Below, in pieces: positions 25,538-34,580 of a stretch of DNA of 34,580 nucleotides. The stretch lies in IMG/VR virus record IMGVR_UViG_2617270944_000003, positions 1 to 34,580 of that record. One strand, 5' to 3'. This stretch comes from a virus. Taxonomy: Duplodnaviria; Heunggongvirae; Uroviricota; Caudoviricetes. Each line of letters begins with the position of its first letter. Positions within the stretch are counted from its first letter, which is position 1. The notes beneath the pieces were generated by a model. That model was given only the letters and a program-made list of their open reading frames with translations. It had not been told where the DNA came from and did no database searches. The translations under genes and the position numbers were made by a program.

Positions 25538-27910
25538 TTAATACAGGTTCCGCCACTTATCATCTTCCTGCAAACGCTGGTTCCGATAGAAGATACGCAG
25601 GCCTGCTCCTGACGGAATACTGCCGCCGCGAAGGAGTAAATCGACCTCTTTCTCGCTGCCATCAAATCCTCTGGATTTCAGTTCATAGACAAGCTGCTGT
25701 CGTTGATGGTCTGTAATTCGCTGTTTGTAGTCTCTACGCCGTTTCGGTTTCACCAGACGTAACCTTGCAGCCAATTCCCGGCGCTTCTTTTTGTTCATAC
25801 TGTGCAGGTAATCGTGCAACACCTTGTCATCCATGCGGGTAATGTCCGTTCTGGGGTCCCCATCAGCTGATTTATCTTTCTCCTGTTGGTTCAAATTTTC
25901 AGCAAGGGGACAGTTATTGCCACGAGTCCAAGGGGCGCAAGCGCCCTGGTCGGCTGCCGCCTCCTGAACGTCAACGGCCTTACGAACCATTTTCCACTTC
26001 ACTGCATGAGTGCAGATCTTGCCCTCTGCAATGGGTGACCAGATGCCATAAATACGAATGCCGTGATCGCCATAGGCGGTCGGCTCTTCGTTGATTTCAT
26101 AAGCGGTTCTGATCAGGTGATATTTGCGGGGAACCAGTACGCCGCCCTGCTTCATGATGTAGGTGGCAAAACAACCAGCATCAGCAGCAGCCAGGATTGC
26201 ATCAAGGCGCGGGTTATCCAGTACCGGCGCACCTGCTTTTTTGTCCCCCTGTTGCCTTGCCGCCTGACCAGCCAGCAATCGCAGTTCACGGTAAGCCTGA
26301 CGCCCCGGAATGCCAAAGAAGCGGAATTGCTGAACACGATGCAGAGACGCCCAGGCATTAACGTATTCAGCATTATCACGCAGGGATTTCCCCGTTTCCT
26401 TGCTGATCTCGCCAGCCAGACCACGCCCGTCAATGTTCTTACTGATGTATTTCGCGATGTAGCTTGTTGGCGTACCTTTGCGCGGGTTAATCAACTCAGA
26501 CTTAAAGCGCGGCCCAGTGTTATTGCCCAGTTCCTCGCGGTCTTCACGGATGGCAAACTTACGCAGTAATGCAGTGATGGCGCGGCGGTCTTTTTTGCGC
26601 ATAAAACACAACAGGTGCCAGTGAACTGTACCGTCATGATGCGGCTCAGCCACCCGCACGCCATACCACCGCAATCCGGCTTTGTGCATCGCCTTACGAA
26701 ATGCAGCAAACATGCCGACCAGATAATCACTGCTTTGTCTTACCGTCGCATTTGTCCAAGTTGGGTTGGGCCTGCCATTATTTAGCGTGGAATGGAAACG
26801 TGACGGACAGGTGATGGTGTAGAAAACGGCGCAGTCACCGCGCATTTCCGCGATAAGCTCCAGGCCTTTAACACAGGCCATCATCTCATTGCGGCGATGC
26901 GCAGGGTTGCTGCTGCTGGCGTTTACCACATCCTCCATGTCCAGCGTGTCGCCGTCTTCGTTCACCAGTTCATGAGAACGAAAAAACTCCAGCGACTTAC
27001 GGCGCTGCTCACGTTTATGCATCACGGCTTCATAGCTGACATAGGGAGATGCTTTTTTGCTGACCAGGCAGACAGCACGCAACTGCTCTTCCCGCCATTC
27101 GCAACGCATCTTCCATAATTTCCGGTACCACCAGTCAGCGCACAACATACGCGCCAGCGAACCCGGAATGAGTTCATAGGGCACGGGTTTACGGCGGTTT
27201 CTTTTCCGGCGGAGTTGCTCAAACGCAGGCGGGATGACATCCAGACGCAGGGTTTCCGCTGCCACCTTTTCCCATGTCTTGCGGATTTCTTCTGGCTTAA
27301 CGTCATCGGTGACATACAAATCGCCACAAGCTGCATCAAGGCACATGCTCATATGCGCAGCTACCAGGGTGGACAGGCGTTTCACCTGATCCTGACTCAT
27401 TTCAGGCAGGATCAGCAGGCCGTCCAGCCCTTCATGGCTTGCCATAAAGCGAAAAGAAGTGGATAGCTGACAGTCGCGTACATGCTCCAGCCGTTCCAGA
27501 CATGGCTTAATCGTCTCACGCAAATAGCGGGAATAAGCCTTTGGCCTGCCCAGGCTGCTGAAGTATTCAATACGTTGCATCAGTGGCTTGCTGATATGGG
27601 AAGGCTGGGCATTAACGTCCGCCAGAATGACCATATCTGGATTAAAACGCTGCTGCTCATGCGCCAGCTTTGCCCGACTAATGAGCTTATCCTGCTCCAT
27701 TTCGCGCTGGACAGGATCACGGGATTCATTAAAGAAATAACGCTCCCAGACCTGATCACTCAGTGCCTCGCGGCGCAGCTGTTCCTGCTCGTTATCGGCA
27801 GCGTACAGAGCGATCAGGTTTGAAAGCGCAGAAACTGAAGATTGCTCTTCCGTCTCTACGTAAGGATTGATTGCTTTTTTCTCAGCATTCCAGGAATAGC
27901 TGTAGTTCAT
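25538..27910 (-). CDS. A: Replication initiation endonuclease A (rolling-circle type)
   Basis: ~790-aa ORF at the P2 gene A position; first ATG at 27910 overlaps the upstream stop (TAATG); the longer TTG-initiated form (27961) was not adopted. Confidence 0.8.
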   Translation of the reverse strand: MNYSYSWNAEKKAINPYVETEEQSSVSALSNLIALYAADNEQEQLRREALSDQVWERYFFNESRDPVQREMEQDKLISRAKLAHEQQRFNPDMVILADVNAQPSHISKPLMQRIEYFSSLGRPKAYSRYLRETIKPCLERLEHVRDCQLSTSFRFMASHEGLDGLLILPEMSQDQVKRLSTLVAAHMSMCLDAACGDLYVTDDVKPEEIRKTWEKVAAETLRLDVIPPAFEQLRRKRNRRKPVPYELIPGSLARMLCADWWYRKLWKMRCEWREEQLRAVCLVSKKASPYVSYEAVMHKREQRRKSLEFFRSHELVNEDGDTLDMEDVVNASSSNPAHRRNEMMACVKGLELIAEMRGDCAVFYTITCPSRFHSTLNNGRPNPTWTNATVRQSSDYLVGMFAAFRKAMHKAGLRWYGVRVAEPHHDGTVHWHLLCFMRKKDRRAITALLRKFAIREDREELGNNTGPRFKSELINPRKGTPTSYIAKYISKNIDGRGLAGEISKETGKSLRDNAEYVNAWASLHRVQQFRFFGIPGRQAYRELRLLAGQAARQQGDKKAGAPVLDNPRLDAILAAADAGCFATYIMKQGGVLVPRKYHLIRTAYEINEEPTAYGDHGIRIYGIWSPIAEGKICTHAVKWKMVRKAVDVQEAAADQGACAPWTRGNNCPLAENLNQQEKDKSADGDPRTDITRMDDKVLHDYLHSMNKKKRRELAARLRLVKPKRRRDYKQRITDHQRQQLVYELKSRGFDGSEKEVDLLLRGGSIPSGAGLRIFYRNQRLQEDDKWRNLY

Positions 27911-28740
27911 TACGCAATCTCCAGTTCGAGCTGTGAAGGCTGCAAACCATTCGACAGCCAATCAGAAACTGAAGGTGGGCGAACAGCTTCAATTGCACCT
28001 TTTAAAATTGCGCAACGGTTTTTCAGAATGACAGCTTTCAGCTCCTTTTCCGTCAGATTGCGCGAATACTCAGCCTCCTGAATAGCCCGCGTCAGCTCAG
28101 GATATTTGCTATTAAATTTGGGGACATTGCAGGCAAGATTTGTACTGTCGGCAGTCGCCAGTGGGTAATTTCCCAACACACGACCGTCAAGCATGCGCAA
28201 ACCATGAACAGCTGTTTTGAAATTGTGTCGGCAATAAATTGCTTCAAAAGCGTCCTGCATACGACGATGCCAGTGCGCAGTTCTGATAGCCGCATATTCA
28301 CCAGACGATCCAAAGCAGACACGAGGCCATTCACGACATAGCTCGATAAGCCGATCGATTGACTCGTGCAGATGCCAGACGGGAGTTGCCTTCCCGTAGA
28401 ACATTTTCGGAACTTCGTTTATCAGGGCATCATTGTCACGTTCACCTCCGTCCACAACATCAGGAATGACAAAAAAAGCGACCTTAGGATGGTGGTAATA
28501 GTTCAGGAGCCATTTATAAAAATCACTCCAGTTAATTTTTAGCCCACGCACCCATGCAGAAAATGCGCCGTTATCAATGCCGACGACCTGAGCGTGCTGA
28601 ATGGACGCCGCAATCTGATCTGGTCGTACATAGGAGACGAAAGCGCCAGCTCCGCTCACCGCAATACGATGAACGTCGCCAGCACTTCCCCAGACAGGCG
28701 TCCCATGGAAATGATGAATTCCGTGGTGCATTTCTTTCAC
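27910..28740 (-). CDS. Conserved hypothetical protein (about 275 aa), translationally coupled between Dam and A; function unknown (very tentatively TGT/DpdA-like)
   Basis: Start GTG 28740 or ATG 28731; [10 protein letters not shown] weakly recalls the DSGGF motif of tRNA-guanine transglycosylase-family proteins. Confidence 0.55.
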   Translation of the reverse strand: MKEMHHGIHHFHGTPVWGSAGDVHRIAVSGAGAFVSYVRPDQIAASIQHAQVVGIDNGAFSAWVRGLKINWSDFYKWLLNYYHHPKVAFFVIPDVVDGGERDNDALINEVPKMFYGKATPVWHLHESIDRLIELCREWPRVCFGSSGEYAAIRTAHWHRRMQDAFEAIYCRHNFKTAVHGLRMLDGRVLGNYPLATADSTNLACNVPKFNSKYPELTRAIQEAEYSRNLTEKELKAVILKNRCAILKGAIEAVRPPSVSDWLSNGLQPSQLELEIA

Positions 28741-29591
28741 ACTTGCACCCCGAAAATAACAGTAGAGTCACGTCCCCTACTAAAATCGGCACTAAACCAA
28801 TTAGCAGATTTAGTGGCAATCATCTCTGTTGCAAATTTTCCCTCCCCCGCTGCAACGCCGATGCTGCGTTTCGCCCTGATGTAGTGGTGAGTGAAATTAC
28901 GATAAAGGGACCGGGTCAAAGACGTGTTACTGTTAGAAACAATGACCGGATGTCCTTCTGATGACCGATGTTCAAGAATGGATGCCAGGTGATACTGATC
29001 ATCTTCAGTGAAACCATCAGTGTGATAGCCGGAAAACGTACCGTCATAAGGCGGATCGCAATACACCACATCCCCCACCTTCAACATCGCCAGCGTTTCA
29101 TCAAAGCTGGCGCAGATAAACGTTGCCCGCTGGGCTTTCTCTGCAAATGCGCGAATTTCTTTTTCAGGGAAATACGGATTTTTATAATTACCGTAGGGAA
29201 TGTTGAAATGCCCGCTCTTGTTATAGCGACATAAACCACGGTAACCGTGACGATTGAGATACAGGAAATATACCGCTTTCATGAAATCAGTAATTTCAGT
29301 GGAGTAATTAAACTCCTGCCTTATGTTGTAATAAGCCACCTCCCTGTTTGCTTCCTCAAATAAAGCTCTGGCACGAGATATAAACGCCTCACAATCAGCA
29401 GCAACCTTTTTATAGAGGTTGATTAAATCAGGATTAATATCCGCAACAAGATAGCTGGGGTAATCCGTCTCCATCATCACTGCACAGGAACCCGCGAAAG
29501 GTTCAACCAGTCGCGGGCCAGCAGGAAGATGCTTTTTCAGTTCGGACATTATGGCGGTTTTATTTCCTGCCCATTTCAGGATGGTGCTCAT
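28737..29591 (-). CDS. dam: DNA adenine methyltransferase (Dam family)
   Basis: [11 protein letters not shown] (motif I-like), [23 protein letters not shown] and DPPY catalytic motif; strong colinearity with remembered E. coli Dam. Confidence 0.85.
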   Translation of the reverse strand: MSTILKWAGNKTAIMSELKKHLPAGPRLVEPFAGSCAVMMETDYPSYLVADINPDLINLYKKVAADCEAFISRARALFEEANREVAYYNIRQEFNYSTEITDFMKAVYFLYLNRHGYRGLCRYNKSGHFNIPYGNYKNPYFPEKEIRAFAEKAQRATFICASFDETLAMLKVGDVVYCDPPYDGTFSGYHTDGFTEDDQYHLASILEHRSSEGHPVIVSNSNTSLTRSLYRNFTHHYIRAKRSIGVAAGEGKFATEMIATKSANWFSADFSRGRDSTVIFGVQV

Positions 29592-29815
29592 ACAGCACCT
29601 CCGTTGTAATGTTTGCCTTTCAGCTCTGCGATTTCCTGACAGGTAATGCAAAGCTGCACACCCGGAATGGCACGGCGGCGTGCTGGCGGAATTGGCGCTT
29701 CACACTCAACGCAAAGCACGCGGGACACGCCCGGCGTTTTGGCACGGGCAGCACGGATATGGCGTTGGCGTTCTTCTTCAACGCGCTGCTGTACGAGATC
29801 CATTGCATCAGCCAT
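29588..29815 (-). CDS. TraR/DksA-family C4 zinc-finger protein
   Basis: CVECEAPIPPARRRAIPGVQLCITCQ four-cysteine motif; 75 aa. Confidence 0.75.
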   Translation of the reverse strand: MADAMDLVQQRVEEERQRHIRAARAKTPGVSRVLCVECEAPIPPARRRAIPGVQLCITCQEIAELKGKHYNGGAV

Positions 29816-30048
29816 CAGTGGATCTCCTGCGCTTCGTTCTGGATTGCTTCAGCAGTCACACGCAGCAGTTCTGCCGCTTCGACGTGGTTTAGCTGGCGGG
29901 AGGTGATATGACACGCCAGGCTATCGAGGCGAGCAGCCATTGCTTCAGCCCTTGCCCGGCGTTCTTCCAGACGAGCCTCTGTCAGTAAAAGATTAAGACC
30001 TGCATCATCCGGTCCGGTTTTGGTCGTGAGGGTTTCAATATTACGCAT
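29815..30048 (-). CDS. Small conserved phage protein (hypothetical)
   Basis: ATG at 30048 with AGGAG RBS; coiled-coil-like small protein in the early operon. Confidence 0.5.
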   Translation of the reverse strand: MRNIETLTTKTGPDDAGLNLLLTEARLEERRARAEAMAARLDSLACHITSRQLNHVEAAELLRVTAEAIQNEAQEIH

Positions 30049-30115
30049 AAGCAATTCTCCTGAATTTAGATAAAGGGATGCCCGGCGGGTTTACGCCATT
30101 AATTTCATTAGTTGG

Positions 30116-30457
30116 TTAATTCGGCATGGTTAGCCGTCTGGGAAATAAGCTCACCACTGCACGAAAATGATTCATTGCTTTAATCAACTCCCGCTTTTCG
30201 TCAGTGGTCAGCTCATTAATGCTGATGCTATGACGTTCAGCTGGAATTTTTGCCATAAAGAATATGGCAGCCAGTGCCCGTTTATTTTGTTCATTATTGA
30301 TATCCCGAGGATCACGCATATCTTTAATAAACCGCTCAAGCTCTGACTCAATATTCAAACCAAAAACTTTCGCCCTTAACTCCGCAATATGATTAAGTCC
30401 ATTCAGGCGTTCACCGGGTCTTAATGGAACAGTCGCCGCAGCGCCTTCAATAGCCAT
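30116..30457 (-). CDS. Hypothetical early-operon protein (113 aa)
   Basis: ATG with GGGGGA RBS; follows cII in the early rightward-type operon. Confidence 0.5.
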   Translation of the reverse strand: MAIEGAAATVPLRPGERLNGLNHIAELRAKVFGLNIESELERFIKDMRDPRDINNEQNKRALAAIFFMAKIPAERHSISINELTTDEKRELIKAMNHFRAVVSLFPRRLTMPN

Positions 30458-30621
30458 TTGTTCCCCCGTTTTTTCGTAGATAGTTCTGCCAGCAATTCAT
30501 CTTGTGAACGGCACGGATGCCAGCGTTTACCATCCTCACCCATGATCCAGCCGTGACCGTAGTGCATTGCCGGACTTTGTTTTACCAGCAGCGATGCAAA
30601 TGATGGTTCTTTCGTCAGCAT
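30421..30621 (-). CDS. Hypothetical small protein immediately downstream of cII (Fil-like position)
   Basis: ATG at 30621, 8 nt after the cII stop with GAGG RBS; overlaps the next ORF by 37 bp in another frame. Confidence 0.4.
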   Translation of the reverse strand: MLTKEPSFASLLVKQSPAMHYGHGWIMGEDGKRWHPCRSQDELLAELSTKKRGNKWLLKALRRLFH

Positions 30622-30628
30622 AAGCACC

Positions 30629-31138
30629 TCACAGCAAACCGAATGAAGCACCGAGGCCAGTCACGGTATCAACTGCACTCGCCATCGCAGGATTAGCCTG
30701 TAAACGGGCCTGCAATGAAACAGCGGCCAGCGCCATCAGTCGTGTTACAGAGTTAATGCTGCTGATAGCATCACGACGACCTGCACTGGTTTTTACATCG
30801 CCAGATACCGCACCTGCAGCAACACGCCCGATCTCTGCGGTTGCACTCATGACATAATGCGGCAGTTTCTCTTTTGCCACCTCATTAATCGGTACACATG
30901 GCAGGCAGTGAATCTGTGCCAGAAAACCGTCTACCAGCGTTGAATCTTCCGTCAGATCGGTAAGTAGCCAGATATCTGGCGCATTGAGCTGATGCGGTTG
31001 ATCTGGGTTGAGTTTGTTTCGCAGAGTCTGGACATTCATTCCTGCACGTTCTGCCAGCTTCGCCATATTGTGACGAAGTGCAAAAGCTCTACAGGCTTCA
31101 TCAAAATGCGGGTGTTTGGAAATCTTATAATCAAACAT
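30629..31138 (-). CDS. cII: CII-like lysogeny establishment regulator (phage 186 CII family)
   Basis: Translation MFDYKISKHPHFDEACRAFALRHNMAKLAERAGMNVQTLRNKLNPDQPHQ... is near colinear with remembered 186 CII (169 aa). Confidence 0.8.
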   Translation of the reverse strand: MFDYKISKHPHFDEACRAFALRHNMAKLAERAGMNVQTLRNKLNPDQPHQLNAPDIWLLTDLTEDSTLVDGFLAQIHCLPCVPINEVAKEKLPHYVMSATAEIGRVAAGAVSGDVKTSAGRRDAISSINSVTRLMALAAVSLQARLQANPAMASAVDTVTGLGASFGLL

Positions 31139-31170
31139 GCTACCCCCTTAGAAAGTTCTCATAATTGAAC

Positions 31171-31413
31171 TTACTTACCAACAATGACGCGGAAGTTGGA
31201 ATGACCGAGGGATTCACGGACCTGATCGGTTTTGTACATTAAATAACGCAGGTTTACGCGGCCTTTGTTTTTTTCTTTCTTGACCATGTATTTAGCAAGC
31301 TGACCATGGTGAATTTTTTGATACACGGAGCCGCGGGAGATACCTTCCCATTCCGCGAACTCTGCAGGCGTAGCCATCTCTTTTGGTACACGAATTGAAA
31401 TATCAGTGCTCAT
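31171..31413 (-). CDS. apl: Apl-like excisionase/lytic-promoter regulator (Cox/Apl family)
   Basis: 80-aa HTH protein (ATPAEFAEWEGISRGSVYQ) as first gene of the lytic-direction operon, divergent from cI. Confidence 0.7.
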   Translation of the reverse strand: MSTDISIRVPKEMATPAEFAEWEGISRGSVYQKIHHGQLAKYMVKKEKNKGRVNLRYLMYKTDQVRESLGHSNFRVIVGK

Positions 31414-31471
31414 AGTGCAGTATCTCCCGATTAAGGTTTGGTTTACGTCGTTTTATCTCGTTTTACTTGAT

Positions 31472-31520
31472 TCAATATTTGATACATCGAGATACTACGA
31501 TCCAATATTTGATACGTCAA
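31472..31520. promoter_or_regulatory. Lysogeny switch: candidate lytic promoter (TTGACG-17 bp-TAGTAT, minus strand) overlapped by two direct repeats of CAATATTTGATAC (putative operators)
   Basis: -35 at 31520-31515 and -10 at 31497-31492 on the minus strand; repeat copies at 31472-31485 and 31503-31516, each an imperfect palindrome. Confidence 0.45.
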
Positions 31521-31532
31521 TAGGATTAAAAA

Positions 31533-32165
31533 ATGATACAGGTAAAGGTTGGAGAGAATACAGGGGGAAGAGAGGCTATCCATAGACTAATGGCAGCCTA
31601 TGATTTCAAGTCCAGACAGCAACTTTGCGATCACTTAGGCGCATCAAAAAGCACCATGGCAAACAGATACTTAAGAGATAGTTTTCCTGCAGAGTGGGTG
31701 ATTCAGTGCGCCTTGGAAACAGGAGTTTCTTTACTGTGGCTAACCACCGGACAGGGGGAGCCAGGTCCAAACATTGAACCTAAAAAAAATATCAATTCCG
31801 TGAACTCCAGCAAGGTTGTACCTCTTTCTGAACTAGTATCTCCTGAAATTGACAAGGCGACTCTCAACGGTGGTTTATTGGTCGATGCTGGAAAAGCAAT
31901 CATTGATAGCAGCATACTCCCCTCAGACTCAAGCAACCTACTGCTGGTGACTACTTCTGGTGATTCTTATTTAATAGATCGCAACCAAACACCACCAGTA
32001 AATGGTATGTGGTTAGTCGATATCGACGGGATAAAAAGCATCGTTAAATTGACTCGACTCCCGGGAAACAAATTAGTAGTGCATCAGGATGATTCATCGT
32101 TTGAGTGCGGTCTGGATGACATTGAGGTAGTAGGCCGCGCACTGAAAATCATTAAGAGCCTTTGA
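31533..32165 (+). CDS. cI: CI-like immunity repressor (phage 186 CI family)
   Basis: N-terminal HTH region similar to remembered 186 CI (...YDFKSRQQLCDHLGASKSTMANRYLRD...ALETGVSLLWLTTGQGE); directly upstream of int. Confidence 0.75.
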   Translation: MIQVKVGENTGGREAIHRLMAAYDFKSRQQLCDHLGASKSTMANRYLRDSFPAEWVIQCALETGVSLLWLTTGQGEPGPNIEPKKNINSVNSSKVVPLSELVSPEIDKATLNGGLLVDAGKAIIDSSILPSDSSNLLLVTTSGDSYLIDRNQTPPVNGMWLVDIDGIKSIVKLTRLPGNKLVVHQDDSSFECGLDDIEVVGRALKIIKSL

Positions 32166-32166
32166 T

Positions 32167-33186
32167 ATGACCATCAGAAAACAGCCGAACGGAAAATGGT
32201 TGTGTGAGTGCTATCCCAATGGACGCAATGGCAAGCGCGTGCGTAAGCAATTTGCCACGAAAGGCGAAGCCATTGCGTTTGAAAGCTTCACAATGGAAGA
32301 AGTGAATAAAAAACCGTGGTTGGGTGAAAAGGATGATCGGCGACGCCTATCAGAATTAATTGAGCTTTGGTATTCCCTGTATGGTCAGACACTCGCAGAC
32401 CCCAAGCGCCTCATGGCGAAACTTAGAATTATCTGTAATGGTCTAGGCGACCCCATCGCCTCTGAGCTGACAGCAGGTGATTTCACAAAATATCGGGAAG
32501 CCAGATTAAAGGGGGAGGTCCAAAATGAAGACGGTTCGTTCATGTCACCCGTTAAACCTCGCACAGTTAATCTTGAGCAGCGTAACCTGTCATCGGTGTT
32601 CGGTACATTGAAAAAACTAGGGCACTGGTCCGCACCAAACCCGCTGGCAGGGCTTCCAACCTTCAAAATTGCTGAAGGTGAATTGGCTTTTCTTTCCACG
32701 GACGAAATCAAACGCCTGTTGGCTGCATGTGCTGAATCTCAAAGCCCGAGCCTACTAATGATTACCAAAATATGCTTAGCTACCGGCGCACGGTGGAGTG
32801 AAGCCGAAAAACTGCAGGGCCATCAGTTATCCAAATACCGCATCACTTATACCAAGACGAAGGGCAAGAAAAACCGTACCGTGCCGATATCTCAGGAGCT
32901 GTACAACGAACTTCCTAAAAACCGAGGGAAGTTATTCTCGCCATGCAGAAAAGCCTTTGAGCGTGCAGTAAAGCGGGCCGGTATTGAGCTTCCAGAGGGT
33001 CAATGCACCCATGTATTACGTCATACATTTGCCAGCCATTTTATGATGAACGGAGGAAACATACTTGTTCTTAAAGAGATTCTCGGTCATACAGATATAA
33101 AAATGACAATGGTTTATTCTCATTTTTCCCCAGACCATCTTGAAGATGCCGTTACCAAAAACCCTTTACATATGTTAACTATTTGA
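32167..33186 (+). CDS. int: Tyrosine integrase (P2/186 family)
   Basis: 339-aa ORF with C-terminal catalytic region ...HVLRHTFASHFMMNGGNILVLKEILGHTDIKMTMVYSHF (R...HxxR...Y); transcribed toward attR. Confidence 0.9.
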   Translation: MTIRKQPNGKWLCECYPNGRNGKRVRKQFATKGEAIAFESFTMEEVNKKPWLGEKDDRRRLSELIELWYSLYGQTLADPKRLMAKLRIICNGLGDPIASELTAGDFTKYREARLKGEVQNEDGSFMSPVKPRTVNLEQRNLSSVFGTLKKLGHWSAPNPLAGLPTFKIAEGELAFLSTDEIKRLLAACAESQSPSLLMITKICLATGARWSEAEKLQGHQLSKYRITYTKTKGKKNRTVPISQELYNELPKNRGKLFSPCRKAFERAVKRAGIELPEGQCTHVLRHTFASHFMMNGGNILVLKEILGHTDIKMTMVYSHFSPDHLEDAVTKNPLHMLTI

Positions 33187-33196
33187 GCTTATCAAA

Positions 33197-34417
33197 ATGG
33201 ATATTAAAAACAAAGTCAATAAAGAAAAGTTATTTGAGAACCATTTAAACTCATTATTAAAACAAGTCATTTCCGAACCAAAATTAAACCCTCCACTTAT
33301 AGTACATAGAGATATAATAAGTGACTTCACTGAACGTTGCGATAAGTATCTAAAAACAATAATTAAATACAAAAGCAACAATAAAGATGGGATGCCGAAT
33401 TTTGATGAATTAATCAGCAAAGTTAAGAACATTCAAAATGGAATAACATTATCACTTGAAAGTTTTTTATCAGGTGATATCAAGTCAGCATATGACCACT
33501 TTGATAAAACATTCTCTGATAACTCAACAATCCAACACATACATCGCATCACTACTCCACTCAGTAGCATTTGCAATCATAAAAAACCATTATTTCGAGT
33601 TAGAAAAAGTGAAAATCCTCTAACGTCAAGAGATGAAATTTTCCATATTCCATTCTCCAATAGACATTTTGTTAGTGCACAAAGATATTCAGTCGCTGGC
33701 TTACCATGTTTATATCTTGGCACTTCTGTTTATGTTTGTTGGCAGGAGATGGAAAAACCAGATTTTGACAAGCTTTTTATTTCATCATTTACTACCAGTG
33801 AAACTGAATATAAAGTCTTAAACTTTGCATCACAGCTTTTGTTACATCCCTCACCAAATTACGCTGACGAAAATAAACTAGCCGAAACAAATAGAGTAAA
33901 GGCCTCTTATCTCATTTTCTGGCCTTTAATTATTGCATGTAATTATTTAAAAAATCATCGTTCTGCAACATTCATACAAGAGTACATTATCCCTAATTTG
34001 TTGATGCAATGGATTAGTAGAAAAACTTACTCGAAAATTGTCGGTGTAGCTTACTTCTCTACAAAAATGCCTAATTCACGATTAAGTAACCGCTCAATAA
34101 ATGTTGTATTTCCACCCAAAGTTACATATGAACAAACGGTAAAACAAAATTTTTGCCCTAAACTCTCCACATTATTCGACTTTACGCCACCTATTTCGTG
34201 GCAGGTCTTAAAAACATTAGATCATTCATCAATAACAGAAAATTCAATAGAATTGATGATGTCAAAGAGATATCTTCAAAGTCAAGAAAAACTGTCTGGA
34301 ATTAAAAACTTCGAAGAGGACATTGTAAAACTATACCCCTTAACTGATTTTTACAAACTCGAAAGAAGTATTGATATGCTATTTGAATATAAAAAGATAG
34401 ATAACCCCATACTATAA
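33197..34417 (+). CDS. RES-domain protein (406 aa) with extra N- and C-terminal regions; orphan toxin/defence candidate
   Basis: Central segment SAQRYSVAGLPCLYLGTSVYVCWQEM fits the RES-domain signature (R-[WY]-[NS]..G.P.LYL..S......E); extremely AT-rich; no adjacent antitoxin-like ORF. Confidence 0.55.
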   Translation: MDIKNKVNKEKLFENHLNSLLKQVISEPKLNPPLIVHRDIISDFTERCDKYLKTIIKYKSNNKDGMPNFDELISKVKNIQNGITLSLESFLSGDIKSAYDHFDKTFSDNSTIQHIHRITTPLSSICNHKKPLFRVRKSENPLTSRDEIFHIPFSNRHFVSAQRYSVAGLPCLYLGTSVYVCWQEMEKPDFDKLFISSFTTSETEYKVLNFASQLLLHPSPNYADENKLAETNRVKASYLIFWPLIIACNYLKNHRSATFIQEYIIPNLLMQWISRKTYSKIVGVAYFSTKMPNSRLSNRSINVVFPPKVTYEQTVKQNFCPKLSTLFDFTPPISWQVLKTLDHSSITENSIELMMSKRYLQSQEKLSGIKNFEEDIVKLYPLTDFYKLERSIDMLFEYKKIDNPIL

Positions 34418-34533
34418 AACTGGCGACAAATTGGCGGCAGAACTTTAAAATCACATAAAACAGCCAAACACAAGATAAGACTAATTCACTGATTTAAAAC
34501 GTAAATATCTATTTTCACTATAATATAAATGGT

Positions 34534-34580
34534 ATGTAGGAATTTCGGACGCGGGTTCAACTCCCGCCAGCTCCACCAAA
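34534..34580 (+). repeat. attR: second copy of the 47-bp tmRNA 3'-end direct repeat
   Basis: Identical to 1-47; preceded by AT-rich phage DNA, so this is the duplicated partial copy. Confidence 0.75.

Larger units (their letters stand above)
1..34580. mobile_element. Complete P2/186-like prophage integrated at the 3' end of ssrA (tmRNA), bounded by attL/attR direct repeats
   Basis: Identical 47-bp direct repeats at both window ends; full P2-like late gene set in conserved order; integrase, 186-like CI/Apl/CII and replication gene A between the repeats. Confidence 0.85.

Noticed and set aside
25538-27961. Longer 807-aa form of replication protein A starting at TTG 27961
   Set aside because: The first ATG at 27910 overlaps the upstream stop codon (TAATG), a typical translational-coupling arrangement; the TTG extension would overlap the upstream gene by 51 bp.
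31703-31936. 77-aa minus-strand ORF inside cI
   Set aside because: Antisense to the CI repressor gene, which has clear family similarity; shadow ORF.
1-34580. CRISPR arrays, IS elements/transposases, rRNA genes
   Set aside because: No short regularly spaced direct repeats, no inverted-repeat-bounded transposase ORFs and no rRNA-like sequence were seen; the only long direct repeats are the att sites and the tail fiber duplication.

Overview
The window is one complete, apparently intact P2/186-type temperate myophage prophage (~34.5 kb), bounded exactly by 47-bp perfect direct repeats (1-47 and 34534-34580) that match the 3' end of tmRNA (ssrA), i.e. attL/attR. All protein identifications come from reading the translated ORFs against remembered P2 and 186 protein sequences and motifs; no database search was run. 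The minus strand carries a colinear P2-like late region (ogr, D, U, T, E/E', FII, FI, G, H, I, J, W, V, S, R, spanins, lysA, endolysin, holin, X, L, M, N, O), with P and Q diverging on the plus strand. Three TGT-N12-ACA late-activator sites sit in the intergenic regions upstream of the FI, V and O operons, and a P2-type T-TTT-TTG frameshift site lies near the end of E. The right arm holds replication gene A, a Dam methylase, a TraR/DksA zinc-finger protein and a 186-like lysogeny switch (cII, apl, divergent cI-int). Accessory cargo sits at three places: (i) between portal gene Q and A, an AT-rich operon encoding a HipA-like kinase plus a HIRAN-domain protein, a candidate cos site, a nuclease-like ORF and a LexA-boxed small ORF; (ii) a 406-aa RES-domain protein between int and attR; (iii) two small ORFs, one WYL-like, between attL and ogr. 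The kinase-HIRAN pair is the best candidate for an undescribed defence or toxin system. No rRNA, tRNA, CRISPR array or IS element was found.
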